DNA of 63,270 nt, counting the filler, from Collodictyon triciliatum (Eukaryota): NCBI GenBank assembly GCA_043381765.1. It is 21 parts of 21 records of this genome, joined end to end, with 100 filler letters (N's around TTAATTAATTAA, not from the genome) between each part and the next. Parts side by side here need not be neighbours in the genome. Positions count along the whole stretch, not along the records: positions 24,196 to 27,115 come from JBHJMP010008070.1; positions 27,216 to 30,133 come from JBHJMP010008071.1; positions 30,234 to 33,151 come from JBHJMP010008072.1; positions 33,252 to 36,168 come from JBHJMP010008073.1; 17 more parts are not named here. One strand, 5' to 3'. The notes beneath the pieces were generated by a model. That model was not told the DNA's origin, did no database searches, and worked only from the letters and a program-made list of their open reading frames with translations. Positions 24,196 through 34,302 of this stretch are shown piece after piece. The translations under genes were made by a program, and so were the position numbers. Position 1 is the first letter of the stretch, and each line of letters begins with the position of its first letter.

Positions 24196-25555
24196 AGAAT
24201 CCCGCAGGGCAGTCGAAGCAACTTGATCTACCGTCCACACTGTTGTATGTACCAGGACTGCATTCAAGACAAGACGAAATACCTGCACCTTTTGAAAGTG
24301 GGTTATATAAACCTGCAGGGCAAGCAGTGCAAAAGATTTGGCCATAGTCGCTGTAGAATCCTGGAGAACACTCGAGGCAAGTAGATTGACCAGTTATGTA
24401 ATTGTAAGTGCCTTGTTCACAATCCCTACACGAAGATTGTCCAGGTATCGGGTTATATGTGCCATTGGCGCAGGGGAGACAATCATTTAATGAAGTTGAA
24501 CCACTTAACTTATTAAATGTTCCAGGTGGACAGACCGCACAATAGTTGGAATTGTGTCCGTAGTTGTATGTTCCTGGCGGACAAGAATTGCAGCTCTTGG
24601 AGATAGCATCGTAATACAAGCCAGGAGAGCATATATCATATAGGTTCCACACCTTAATAGACCTATCGTAACTTCCTGTGATTATTTTTGTACCATCTAT
24701 AGTCACAGCCACGCCAGTGACGCTACTACTGTGACCATCAAGGGAACGAATAAGACCATAATCTGGATAACGCCATAACTTTGCGGTATTGTCGTCACTT
24801 CCAGAGATAATCTTGGTGCCATTTTGGGCCATAACTATTGATTTTATTTGATTTCTGTGACTAGATAGAGAGGTTAAAAAGGCTCCGGTAGAAAAACTCC
24901 ATACTTTTATGGAGCAATCACCCCCTCCTCCAGAGATAATTTTTGACCCATCTGGTGCAATCGCAAGACTAAGTACACGAGAGCCATGACCAGTAACTGT
25001 TCGAATCAAAGAACCATTAGAAATCAACCATATTCGTATCGTTTGGTCATCACTACCTGATATTGTGTACAAACCATCAGGAGTGATTGAAACCGCATTA
25101 ACTTGTCCACTATGTCCGGACAGTGTGCGAACTAAGCTTCCATCAGATAAATTCCAAATTTTTACAGTTTGGTCTCGACCGCCGGATATAATAGTTGCTC
25201 CATCGGGGCTGACTGCCACACCCAGAATATAATTTGAGTGACCAACAAGAGACCTCATTAGAGTTCCAAGAGAAAGGTTCCAAATATCAACAGAATTTGA
25301 AAATCCACCGGAAACTATATGCAATCCATTTGAAGACACTGTTACTGTAAGTATACCGTTTGAGTGATAAATTGTTCGGATCAAAGAGCCATCTGATATT
25401 GCCCAAATCCTTATTGTATTATCCATACTTCCAGACACAATTTTGGAACCGTCTGGCGTGACAGCAACAGTCTCGACGGTGCGTGTGTGCCCAGTTAATG
25501 TTCGAATTAAATTTTGGCACAGCACCGGCGACAAGGCACTGATAAGGAGAAGCAT
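24196..25555 (-). CDS. Intronless signal-peptide protein: seven WD40 repeats followed by Cys-rich GCC2/GCC3 (ephrin-receptor-like) repeats; 3'-truncated
   Basis: MLLLISALSPVLC leader; repeats GH..V..V..xPDG..I.SGS.D.T...W; then CxPGxY..C..C..GTY repeats to the contig edge. Many NxS/T sequons (NLS, NGS, NGT). Confidence 0.88.
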
Positions 25556-27217
25556 GACTGGTATTTTTTTTATTTTATTTTTTTTGTGGAGATGGATTTT
25601 ACTATAACTATCAGCAAAATATGGCATTATATACATATCCTTGCATTGGTTTGGAGAAAATAATCACAGGGTTTTATTTGAAAGAATTCTCACCAGGAAA
25701 GACATATCTTCCTTTTGTCTGCGGCCTTATGTCCATTTTATCTAAAACAATATGAAATTCATTTTCTATTTCACCATAATATCAAAGAATAATTTATGAC
25801 AATAGGGGTACGATCGAGAAGACACAAAAGATCGAAGCAAAAACAAAAAAAAAAAAAGAAATATCCCATTTGCGATGGCAACTTTCTTTGTGCCAGGCGA
25901 GTCTTATCCACCCAATAGAAAACCCACGTATTTGAGTGCGCCTTTGTCACTCTGGAGAACTTGCCCACAAAGACGAGGGTGATTGCGTGAGGTTTGCTGG
26001 GCAGCGGCGCTGTGGATATTTGTTATTCGATTTGATCAGCACACAGCTCTTGCTAAGCCAGGCCGATCCCCTTTTGTCCTATTCCTACAAATGTGGAATT
26101 TATGCACTCTTGCAGTTTTTTATTTGCTTATGGCCAATGCTTCTGCAATTCACTAGATTATGTCAGCTGTTGCTATAATTATAATAAAGGGTAAAAAGAT
26201 TTTGTGAAATATGTGCGTATCCAACATTTTCTAATAATGGGTCGAGATATATGGTAGGGATGCATGTCTCCTCTGCTATAATCGACTGGGTGAGTTGTTC
26301 GGGACGCTCTGGATAGACTGGCACATGAGCAGATGAGGACCAGTCGAGCAATTAATATCATCTGCATAGCTATTCAAATCAATCAGATTTCTTGCAATTA
26401 TCTTGAATTATTATATTTTTTTTTTTGTAACTTGAAAGTCATTGGGCATCCCATGGAATTATAGTTATGAAACAGAGGAACCAAGGCTACATGATGTCGT
26501 TGGTCGTATTTTATCAAGAAAACGACGCTTTCAATAGTTTTTAGTTCGCGCAAGCAATCACACAAAGATATTGCCAGAGCCCGTAAGAGCCAAGCGCCCT
26601 TGAAAAAAAAAAAAAAGGTATTTGCACCGAATTTGGTGGGCGGGATTCGTCTGGTAACGCATTTTTAAAATGCATCCCTCTAATTAAACGCGTCGCCAGC
26701 CTTGAACCTCTTATTACTAGCGGGTTGTGTGAAAACGCAAAGCACCATCCAAGGCAGCCACCCTCGTTCTCGTCGTTGCTTCGCTGTGATCTGGCTCGAG
26801 CCTTTTCTTCTTTTCCCACTTTTCTTTCCTTTCCTTTCCTTTCCTTTCTTTCCTTTTCTTTCCTTTTCTTTCCTTTTCTTTCCTTTTCTTTCCTTTTTCT
26901 TTTCTTTTCTTTTCTCTTCTTTTCTCTTCTTTTCTCTTCTTTTCTCTTCTTTTTCTTTTCTTTTCTTTTTCTTTTCTTTTTCTTTTCTTTTTCTTTTTCT
27001 TTTCTTTTTCTTTTCTTTTCTCTTCTTTTTCTTTTCTTTTTCTTTTCTTTTTCTTTTCTTTTCTTTTCTTTTCTTTTCTTTTTCTTTTCTTTTTCTTTTC
27101 TTTTTCTTTTCTTTTNNNNNNNNNNNNNNNNNNNNNNNNNNNNNNNNNNNNNNNNNNNNTTAATTAATTAANNNNNNNNNNNNNNNNNNNNNNNNNNNNN
27201 NNNNNNNNNNNNNNNGG

Positions 27218-30100
27218 GCTGAGATGAGAGACAAATTTGCTGATAAACTCGGATGTATTCACACCAGAACATTGAATTCATGCGAATACTTGTCCGTCCA
27301 TTCAAAGGAAATTGGAATCAAGAAAGAGCCCGTCGAGTTTACAAGAGTCAAGGAATTTATCTGTGAAACTCTTGATGATGCAAAACTAGATGAGGAATGG
27401 AATCGTGAGCAAATCATTGCATCGTTATTCAGAATTGTCTACATGTCAAAGACTGATGAGAGCAAATCAAAGGCTGCATCTGATGCAATCACAGTTTTGA
27501 ATTTCATGAATATTTCGTTCGGTGGAATGGATTTATCAAACATCAAAATTCCGCATGCGAATCTCAGTAATTCAATCCTTGATGGTGCAAACCTCACTGG
27601 TGCCAACTTGGATGGTGTCGATTTCACGAATTCGATGCTTGGTGATAGTGTTTTTGATAATGCAAATATGAGTAATGTGAAATTCGGAATTCTGAATGAT
27701 AAATTGGAAGGTCATACATATGCTGTCACTAGTGTTTGCAGTATTCAAGGACCGAATGGTGAAAATTGGCTGGCTTCTGGCAGTAATGATGCAACAATAC
27801 GCATTTGGGATGTAGCCACGGGAAACCAAATCAAAACATTGGAAGGTCACATAGATGAGGTCATGAGTGTTTGCAGCATTCAAGGACCGAATGGTGAAAA
27901 TTGGCTGGCCTCTGGAAGTAATGATAGAACAATACGTATATGGGATGTAACCACAGGAAACCAAATCAAAACATTAAAAGGTCATGATTACAGTGTCAAC
28001 AGTGTTTGCAGTATTCAAGGACCGAATGGTGAAAATTGGTTGGCTTCTGGAAGTTTTGATACAACAATACGCATTTGGGATGTGGCCACAGGAAACCAAA
28101 TCAAAATACTAGAGGGTCATACATGGTCTGTCAATAGCGTTTGCAGTATTGAAAGACCGAATGGCGAAAATTGGTTAGCTTCTGGAAGTAGGGATAGAAC
28201 AATATGCATTTGGGATGTAGCCACAGGACACCAAATCAAAATATTGGAAGGTCATACAAGTGCTGTCAATAGTGTTTGCAGCATTCAAGGACCGAATGGT
28301 GAAAATTGGCTGGCTTCTATTGGAAGTCAAGATAACACAATACGTATTTGGGATGTAGCCACAGGAAATCAAATCAAAACATTAGAAGGTCACACAAATT
28401 GGGTCAATAGTGTTTGCAGTATTCAAGGACTGAATGGCGAAATATGGTTGGCTTCTGGAAGTAATGATGGAACAATTCGTATTTGGGATGTAACCACAGG
28501 AAACCAAATCAGAACATTAGAAGGTCATACAAATGATGTCAATAGTGTTTGCAGTATCCAAGGACCGAATGGTGAAAACTGGTTGGCTTCTGGAAGTCGT
28601 GATGATACAATACGTATTTGGGATGCAGCCACAGGAAACCAAATCAAAACATCAAAAGGTCATACAAGGGAAGTCTACAGTGTTTGCAGTATTCAAGGAC
28701 CGAATGGTGAAAATTGGCTGGCTTCTGGAAGTGTTGATAAGACAATACATATTTGGGATGTAGCCACAGGAAACCAAATCAAAACATTAGAAGGGCATAC
28801 AGAACGTGTCAAATGTGTTTGCAGTATTCAAGGACCGAATCGTGAAAATTGGTTGGCTTCTGGAAGTTTTGATAAAACAATACGTATCTGGAATATAGCC
28901 ACAGGAAATCAAATCAAAATATTAGAAGGTCATACAGATTGGGTCTTTAGTGTTTGCACTATTCAAGGACCTAATGGTGAAAATTGGTTGGCTTCTGGAA
29001 GTCAAGATAACACAATACGTATTTGGGATGTAGCCACAGGACACCAAATCAAAATACTAGAAGGTCATACATATGGTGTCAACAGTGTTTGTAGTATCCA
29101 AGGACCGAATGGCGAAAACTGGCTGGCTTCTGGAAGTGGTGATTGGACAATATGTATTTGGGATATAGTGACAGGAAACCAAATCAAAACATTGGAAGGT
29201 CATACAGATGGTGTCATGAGTGTTTGCAGCATTCAAGGGCCGAATGGCGAAAGTTGGCTGGCTTCTAGAAGTTATGATAAAACAATACGCATTTGGGATG
29301 TAGCCACAGGAAACCAAATCAAAATATTAGAAGGTCATACAGAATGGGTCACTAGTGTTTGCAATGTCCAAGGACCGAATGGTGAAAACTGGTTGGCTTC
29401 TGGAAGTGAAGATAATACAATACGCATCTGGGATGTAGCCACAGGAAACCAAACACACAGTCTGCAAAAGTCAGAAGTGACCTACACCCAAGGAAAATAC
29501 CTTGTCAAGAAAGAAAAGCCAGACGAAGTCATCGCAGTATTCAACAGTACAAGTGATGCGATGAACATGATTGACACCAACAGAATCCAAGATGCAAAGA
29601 CAATCCAGATTATCGGCCCAAGAAAGCTGCAAGGTGGAAACATCCAAATCAGAAATGTCGCAGGATTGAGTCAATACAACAAATCCCTCCTACTTTCTAT
29701 CGGTGCTGCTTCCTTTGATGCGGACTTTGCTGCCTATTGTGAGCAGGGTAAGTTTACAAAGTTCCAGGCTCAAATGATGGCTGAGTGCTATGAGAATGGA
29801 TGGGGTGTTGAGAAGGACACCGAGAAAGCAGTTGAGTGGAATCTATTGGCTCTAAAAGCATATAAAAACTTTGATAAACTGAAGGAACTGGCTCAAAAAG
29901 GCTCAAATAATGCATTCAGTGTTTTGAAAGAAATGGCTGACATCAAGGAAGATATCAAAAACGATTGGGGATATAAAACCGGTGAAAAACACAAATATCC
30001 ACAGGCTGTTTCTATTGTTGCTGAATGCTATGAAAATGGATGGGGTGTTGATAAAGACCCTGGAAAAGGAGTAGAGTGGAGACAGAAAGCCACAGATTAA
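27218..30100 (+). CDS. Intronless protein: pentapeptide repeats, 13 near-identical 47-aa WD40 repeats, SEL1-like tail (probable C-terminal part of a NACHT-WD40 NLR-like protein); 5'-truncated
   Basis: The frame is open from the contig edge. AASDAITVL..ISFGGMDLSNIKIPHANLS..ANLTGANL..NVKFG; repeats GHxxxVxSVCSIQGPNGENWLASGSxDxTIRIWDVATGNQIKTLE; IQIRNVAGLSQYNKSLLLSIGA; two AECYENGWGVxKDxxKxVEW SEL1-like motifs. Confidence 0.92.
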   Translation, partial: AEMRDKFADKLGCIHTRTLNSCEYLSVHSKEIGIKKEPVEFTRVKEFICETLDDAKLDEEWNREQIIASLFRIVYMSKTDESKSKAASDAITVLNFMNISFGGMDLSNIKIPHANLSNSILDGANLTGANLDGVDFTNSMLGDSVFDNANMSNVKFGILNDKLEGHTYAVTSVCSIQGPNGENWLASGSNDATIRIWDVATGNQIKTLEGHIDEVMSVCSIQGPNGENWLASGSNDRTIRIWDVTTGNQIKTLKGHDYSVNSVCSIQGPNGENWLASGSFDTTIRIWDVATGNQIKILEGHTWSVNSVCSIERPNGENWLASGSRDRTICIWDVATGHQIKILEGHTSAVNSVCSIQGPNGENWLASIGSQDNTIRIWDVATGNQIKTLEGHTNWVNSVCSIQGLNGEIWLASGSNDGTIRIWDVTTGNQIRTLEGHTNDVNSVCSIQGPNGENWLASGSRDDTIRIWDAATGNQIKTSKGHTREVYSVCSIQGPNGENWLASGSVDKTIHIWDVATGNQIKTLEGHTERVKCVCSIQGPNRENWLASGSFDKTIRIWNIATGNQIKILEGHTDWVFSVCTIQGPNGENWLASGSQDNTIRIWDVATGHQIKILEGHTYGVNSVCSIQGPNGENWLASGSGDWTICIWDIVTGNQIKTLEGHTDGVMSVCSIQGPNGESWLASRSYDKTIRIWDVATGNQIKILEGHTEWVTSVCNVQGPNGENWLASGSEDNTIRIWDVATGNQTHSLQKSEVTYTQGKYLVKKEKPDEVIAVFNSTSDAMNMIDTNRIQDAKTIQIIGPRKLQGGNIQIRNVAGLSQYNKSLLLSIGAASFDADFAAYCEQGKFTKFQAQMMAECYENGWGVEKDTEKAVEWNLLALKAYKNFDKLKELAQKGSNNAFSVLKEMADIKEDIKNDWGYKTGEKHKYPQAVSIVAECYENGWGVDKDPGKGVEWRQKATD

Positions 30101-30390
30101 CAAGGTAAGTAGTGTTATACATTCATATTAATANNNNNNNNNNNNNNNNNNNNNNNNNNNNNNNNNNNNNNNNNNNNTTAATTAATTAANNNNNNNNNNN
30201 NNNNNNNNNNNNNNNNNNNNNNNNNNNNNNNNNCTGTTTTCATGGAGCGTCCTTGTGGGAAAAAAGCGGAGGTCTGCTTGAAAAAAACCCAGAGAATCTC
30301 TCCATCTAAAATGATTATAATTAACGAATATACATTAATTTGCATTTACTATACTACTTACCTTGTTAAGCTGCGGCTTTTCCGAACCAG

Positions 30391-33150
30391 TCAACTGCTT
30401 TCTTCATCATCTCCCCATTCTTCTCCCCATTCTTCTCCTTCTTCATCCTGTCCTTCTTCATCCTGTCCTTCTTCATCCTGTCCTTCTTCATCATCTCCCC
30501 ATTCTTCTCCCCATTCTTCTCCTTCTTCATCCTGTCCTTCTTCATCCTGTCCTTCTTCATCCTGTCCTTCTTCATCTTCTCCTTCTTCATCATTTCCTAT
30601 CACAAAGTTTTTAGCTTTCTGTCTCCATTCAGCTGCTTTCACGGTGTCCCTCTCAACACCCCATCCATTGTCATAGCACTCAGCCATCACTTGAGCCTGG
30701 AACTTGGTGAACTTACCCTGCTCACAATAGGCAGCAAAGTCCGCATCAAAGGAAGCAGCACCGATAGAAAGTAGGAGGGATTTGTTGAATTGACTCAATC
30801 CTGTAACATTTCTGATTTGGATGCTTCCACTTTGCAGCTTTCTTGGGCCGATAATCTGGACTGTCTTTACATCTTGGATTCTGTTGGTGTCAATCATGTC
30901 CATCGCATCACTTGTACTATTGAATACTGCGATGACTTCGTCTGGTTTATCTTTCATGACCAATTGGCTCTTTAAATTGTAAGTCACTTCTGCTTTTTGC
31001 AGACTGTGTATTTGGCTTCCTGTGGCTATATCCCAAATATGTATTGTTTTATCATCACTTCCAGAAGCCAGCCACTTTTCGCCATTCGGTCCTTGAATGC
31101 TGCAAACACTCATGACAGATTCTCTATGACCTTCTAATGTATTGATTTGGTTTCCTGTCACTATATCCCAAATAATTATTGTTTTATCACCACTTCCAGA
31201 AGCCAGCCAATTTTCACCATTCGGTCCTTGAATACTGCAAACACTTCTGACCCAATCTGTATGCCCTTCTAATGTTTTAATTTGATTTCCTGTGGCTACA
31301 TCCCAAATACGTATTGTGCTATCATAACTTCCGGAAGCCAGCCAATTTTCACCATTCGGTCCTTGAATACTACAAAGACTGTTGACATAACCTCTATGAC
31401 CTTCTAATGTATTGATTTGGTTTCCCGTGGCTACATCCCAAATACGTATTGTTCCATCATGACTTCCAGAAGCCAACCACTTTTCACCATTTGGTCCTTG
31501 AATATGGATACTGTTGGTGTCAATCATGTTCATCGCGTCACTTGTTCTGTTGAATACTGCGATGACTTCGTCTGGCTTTTCTTTCTTGACAAGGTATTTT
31601 CCTTGGGTGTAGGTCACTTCTAATTTTTCCACACTGTGTGTTTCGTTTCCTGTGGCTACATCCCAAATACGAATTGTTTTATCAACACTTCCAGAAGCCA
31701 GCCAGTTTTCACCATTCGGTCCTTCAATACTGCAAACACTATATACAATACTTGTATGTCCTTCTAATGTTTTGATTTGGTTTCCTGTTGCTATATCCCA
31801 AATACGTAATATATTATCATAACCTCCAGAAGCCAACCATATTTCACCATTCGGTCCTTGAATAGTGCAAACACTCATGACAAAACCTATATGTCCTTCT
31901 AATGTTTTGATATGGTTTCCTGTGGCTACATCCCAAACACGTATTGTCCTATCATCACTCCCAGAAGCCAGCCAGTTTTCACCATTCGGTCCTTGAATAC
32001 TGCAAACACAATAGACCCAGCTTGTATGACCTTCCAATGTTTTGATTTGGTTTCCTGTGGCTACATCCCAAATACGTATTGTGTTATCTTCACTTCCAGA
32101 AACCAACCAAGTTTCACCATCCGGTCCTTGAATACTGCAAACACTAGTGACTTCGCTTGTATGACCTTCTAATGTTTTGAATTGGTTTCCTGTGGCTACA
32201 TCCCAAACACCTGTTGTTCTATCGTCACCACTACCCATCCAATCTTCACAAATCTGCATTCTAATACTGCAAATACTCCAGACAATATGTGTATGTCCTT
32301 CTAATTTTTTGATTTTGTTTCCTGTGGTTATATCCCAAATACGCATTGTTCCATCCCAACTTCCAGAAGCCAGCCAGTGTTCACCATTCGGCCCTTGAAT
32401 ACTGCAAACACTATATACAGAATCTACATGACCTTCTAATGTTTTGATTTGATTTCCTGTGGTTACATCCCAAATACGTATTGTATTATCACCACTATCA
32501 TTAGGATTACCACCTCCAGAAGCCAACCAGTTTTCACCATTCGGTCCTTGAATACTGCAAACACTTTCGACACAACTTGCATGTCCTAGTATTTTGATTT
32601 GGTTTCCTGTGGCTACATCCCAAACACGTATTGTGTTATCGTCACTTCCAGAAGCCAGCCACTTTTCACCATTCGGTCCTTGAATGCTGCAAACACTCAT
32701 GACAAAACCTGTATGTCCTTCTAATGTTTTGATATGGTTTCCTGTGGCTACATCCCAAATACGTATTGTATTATCACGACTTCCAGAAGCCAACCAATTT
32801 TCACCATTCGGTCCTTGAATACTACAAACACTATTGACTTCCCATGTATGACCTTCCAATGTTTTGATATGGTTTCCTGTGGTTACATCCCAAATAAGTA
32901 TTGTATTATCCCAAATTCCCGAAGCCAGCCACTTTTCACCATTCGGTCCTTGAATGCTGCAAACACTCATGACAAAACCTGTATGTCCTTCTAATGTTTT
33001 GATATGGTTTCCTGTGCCTACATCCCAAATACGTATTGTTTTATCACCACTTCCAGAAGCCAACCAGTTTTCACCATTCGGTCCTTGAATATTGCAAACA
33101 CTATTGATAGCATCTGTATGACCTTCTAGTGTTTTAATTTGGTTTCCTGT
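30391..33150 (-). CDS. Paralogue of the 27218-30100 gene: 14 full plus one half WD40 repeat, duplicated linker, one SEL1-like repeat and an acidic tail; 5'-truncated
   Basis: Same 141-bp repeat consensus and a near-identical C-terminal block (GLSQFNKSLLLSIGAASFDADFAAYCEQGKFTKFQAQ). The frame is open to the contig edge. Confidence 0.92.
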   Translation of the reverse strand, partial: TGNQIKTLEGHTDAINSVCNIQGPNGENWLASGSGDKTIRIWDVGTGNHIKTLEGHTGFVMSVCSIQGPNGEKWLASGIWDNTILIWDVTTGNHIKTLEGHTWEVNSVCSIQGPNGENWLASGSRDNTIRIWDVATGNHIKTLEGHTGFVMSVCSIQGPNGEKWLASGSDDNTIRVWDVATGNQIKILGHASCVESVCSIQGPNGENWLASGGGNPNDSGDNTIRIWDVTTGNQIKTLEGHVDSVYSVCSIQGPNGEHWLASGSWDGTMRIWDITTGNKIKKLEGHTHIVWSICSIRMQICEDWMGSGDDRTTGVWDVATGNQFKTLEGHTSEVTSVCSIQGPDGETWLVSGSEDNTIRIWDVATGNQIKTLEGHTSWVYCVCSIQGPNGENWLASGSDDRTIRVWDVATGNHIKTLEGHIGFVMSVCTIQGPNGEIWLASGGYDNILRIWDIATGNQIKTLEGHTSIVYSVCSIEGPNGENWLASGSVDKTIRIWDVATGNETHSVEKLEVTYTQGKYLVKKEKPDEVIAVFNRTSDAMNMIDTNSIHIQGPNGEKWLASGSHDGTIRIWDVATGNQINTLEGHRGYVNSLCSIQGPNGENWLASGSYDSTIRIWDVATGNQIKTLEGHTDWVRSVCSIQGPNGENWLASGSGDKTIIIWDIVTGNQINTLEGHRESVMSVCSIQGPNGEKWLASGSDDKTIHIWDIATGSQIHSLQKAEVTYNLKSQLVMKDKPDEVIAVFNSTSDAMDMIDTNRIQDVKTVQIIGPRKLQSGSIQIRNVTGLSQFNKSLLLSIGAASFDADFAAYCEQGKFTKFQAQVMAECYDNGWGVERDTVKAAEWRQKAKNFVIGNDEEGEDEEGQDEEGQDEEGQDEEGEEWGEEWGDDEEGQDEEGQDEEGQDEEGEEWGEEWGDDEESS
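30400..30595 (-). repeat. Coding minisatellite of (DEEGQ)n and (EEWG)n units with an 84-nt higher-order duplication
   Basis: 15-bp units TTCTTCATCCTGTCC and 12-bp units TTCTTCTCCCCA occur in two repeated blocks. Confidence 0.9.
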
Positions 33151-33471
33151 GNNNNNNNNNNNNNNNNNNNNNNNNNNNNNNNNNNNNNNNNNNNNTTAAT
33201 TAATTAANNNNNNNNNNNNNNNNNNNNNNNNNNNNNNNNNNNNNNNNNNNNTGTGTCTGTGTCTGTGTCTGTGTCTGTGTCTGTGTCTGTGTCTGTGTCT
33301 GTGTCTGTGTCTGTGTCTGTGTCTGTGTCTGTGTCTGTGTCTGTGTCTGTGTCTGTGTCTGTGTCTGTGTCTGTGTCTGTGTCTGTGTCTGTGTCTGTGT
33401 CTTGATGTGAATGCTCCTATTAATAATAAAAATAATAAAAGTTCATATCTTGTACCTTTACTATTTTAATA

Positions 33472-34223
33472 GGGAAGCACAGGTCGAAAAAATCAGCAAG
33501 GACTTATCAAAGTTCACGAGAGAAGAGAAACTGCAGATTTTGTTGACAGAAAGTCCTGAACTGTTTGAATTTTTGGAGGATTATAAAATATGTATCAAAC
33601 AAATACAATCACAGTATTATCCGAATTTGAAGTGGTTAGTTTTGTCATTAAATCAATGAATTATGTTCTTATTCATCGAGTAGAAGGGTGTATAACTCAT
33701 AAGCATGATACATAAATGAATAACGGAATTTATAAAAGGTTGGCAGAAAATGAGCAGCTAGATACAGCAGTTGCTCGTTTTTTCCAGACAAAGTTAGGTA
33801 CTTCAAGCCTTCCCAGCCGCTTGTGTTTATTGGACATATGTCTTTTAAAATGATTGAATACTGTCCGATCCATATCAGATAACCCAATACGTTCCCCGGT
33901 TTAATACAGGAATCCTGAGCTCCTATTGCTCTACTATCTCGTATTATTTGCTGATGAAATCAAGCGGAAGTGCAGTCAAAGATCATTCAATCATAGATCA
34001 ATTGGTTTGTTTGGAACCATTTTACCGTCTTTTCATTTGATTTCTCTATACCCATCACTTCACCGGATTGAAGATTTTCTTTTTTCGTTCTCTAAAAAGC
34101 TCCCCTAACTCCAAATAGGTTCGGCTTCGTGGAGTGATTGAGAAACTCAACGGGTTTGATTCTAATATGGATGTAGAATTTAAAGGTGTCAAGAACGAAG
34201 TTTCCCAGAAAGGTAATACATCA

Positions 34224-34302
<79 letters not shown>

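Noticed and set aside
27700-33150. Diversity-generating retroelement as the source of WD40 variability
   Set aside because: No reverse transcriptase or template repeat is present, adenines in the scaffold are stable, and the variable codons do not trace cleanly to one AAY template.
18150-33151. Apparent immune-gene island (LRR, LRR, WD40, WD40, WD40), including the tail-to-tail WD40 pair
   Set aside because: These are separate size-sorted contigs, so adjacency is an artefact. At most it suggests such families are abundant among short contigs.
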